Source: Chrysomallon squamiferum (lineage: Eukaryota > Animalia > Mollusca). Taken from it: 64,000 bases of DNA. The stretch spans positions 5,084,001 through 5,148,000 of the forward strand of contig CM022671.1 in NCBI GenBank assembly GCA_012295275.1, written 5' to 3'. The notes under the pieces are model-generated. The model was not told the DNA's origin. It was given only the letters and a program-made list of their open reading frames with translations, and ran no database searches. Every line of letters starts with the position of its first letter. Within the stretch, counting starts at the first letter, position 1. Shown in pieces: positions 63,761 to 64,000 of the stretch. The position numbers were made by a program, and so were the translations under genes.

Positions 63761-64000
63761 CTTGTCCAATTAATAATTATGTTCATCTGAAGAACATTTA
63801 TATTTATCTTTACTAAACACAAAAATTTAAATTTAATAATCCTGGTGTAAGATAATATCACATAAAAAAGAAAAAAGGTAAATAAACAATTGAAATTAAA
63901 ATATAAATAAATTTACTGCTGTTCATCATATTTAAAAAAAAATGTAAAAATAAAATCAGTATCATATATACAGATTACTTAATAATAATGGAACATAACA

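Overview
AT-rich, microsatellite-dense animal genomic DNA with spliced genes. Secreted C1q and multi-ChtBD2 proteins suggest a mollusc or other lophotrochozoan (inference). Most ORFs in the supplied track are simple-repeat artefacts. Manual exon reading supports four genes. (1) A 4-exon secreted C1q-domain gene (+, 2562-4935) with two duplicated 153-nt coiled-coil exons and a basic, cleavable insertion in the gC1q head. (2) A ~35-kb, 30-exon gene (-, 6743-42202) for a ~2000-aa secreted protein with 20 chitin-binding type-2 (peritrophin-A/CBM14) domains, one per exon, plus a Thr/Lys-rich mucin stalk. (3) RFC2 (+, 55845-~59855), with an apparent 1-nt deletion in the last exon. (4) The terminal exon of a CCDC74-like gene (-, 63404-63539). 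The main observation concerns gene 2: its N-terminal half is punctuated by eight dedicated 39-57-nt micro-exons, each encoding a furin/prohormone-convertase-type site (RSKR, KRNRR, RNKR, KKRSPR, QKR, KRIKR, RKKR, RSARKIR). It therefore looks like a polyprotein releasing about 9 small chitin-binding peptides plus one large mucin-like scaffold, and its phase 1-1 exons would let splicing retune the cuts. Its introns also carry minisatellites built from splice donors and a repeat array holding five perfect CRE palindromes. All calls are from manual reading; no databases were searched.
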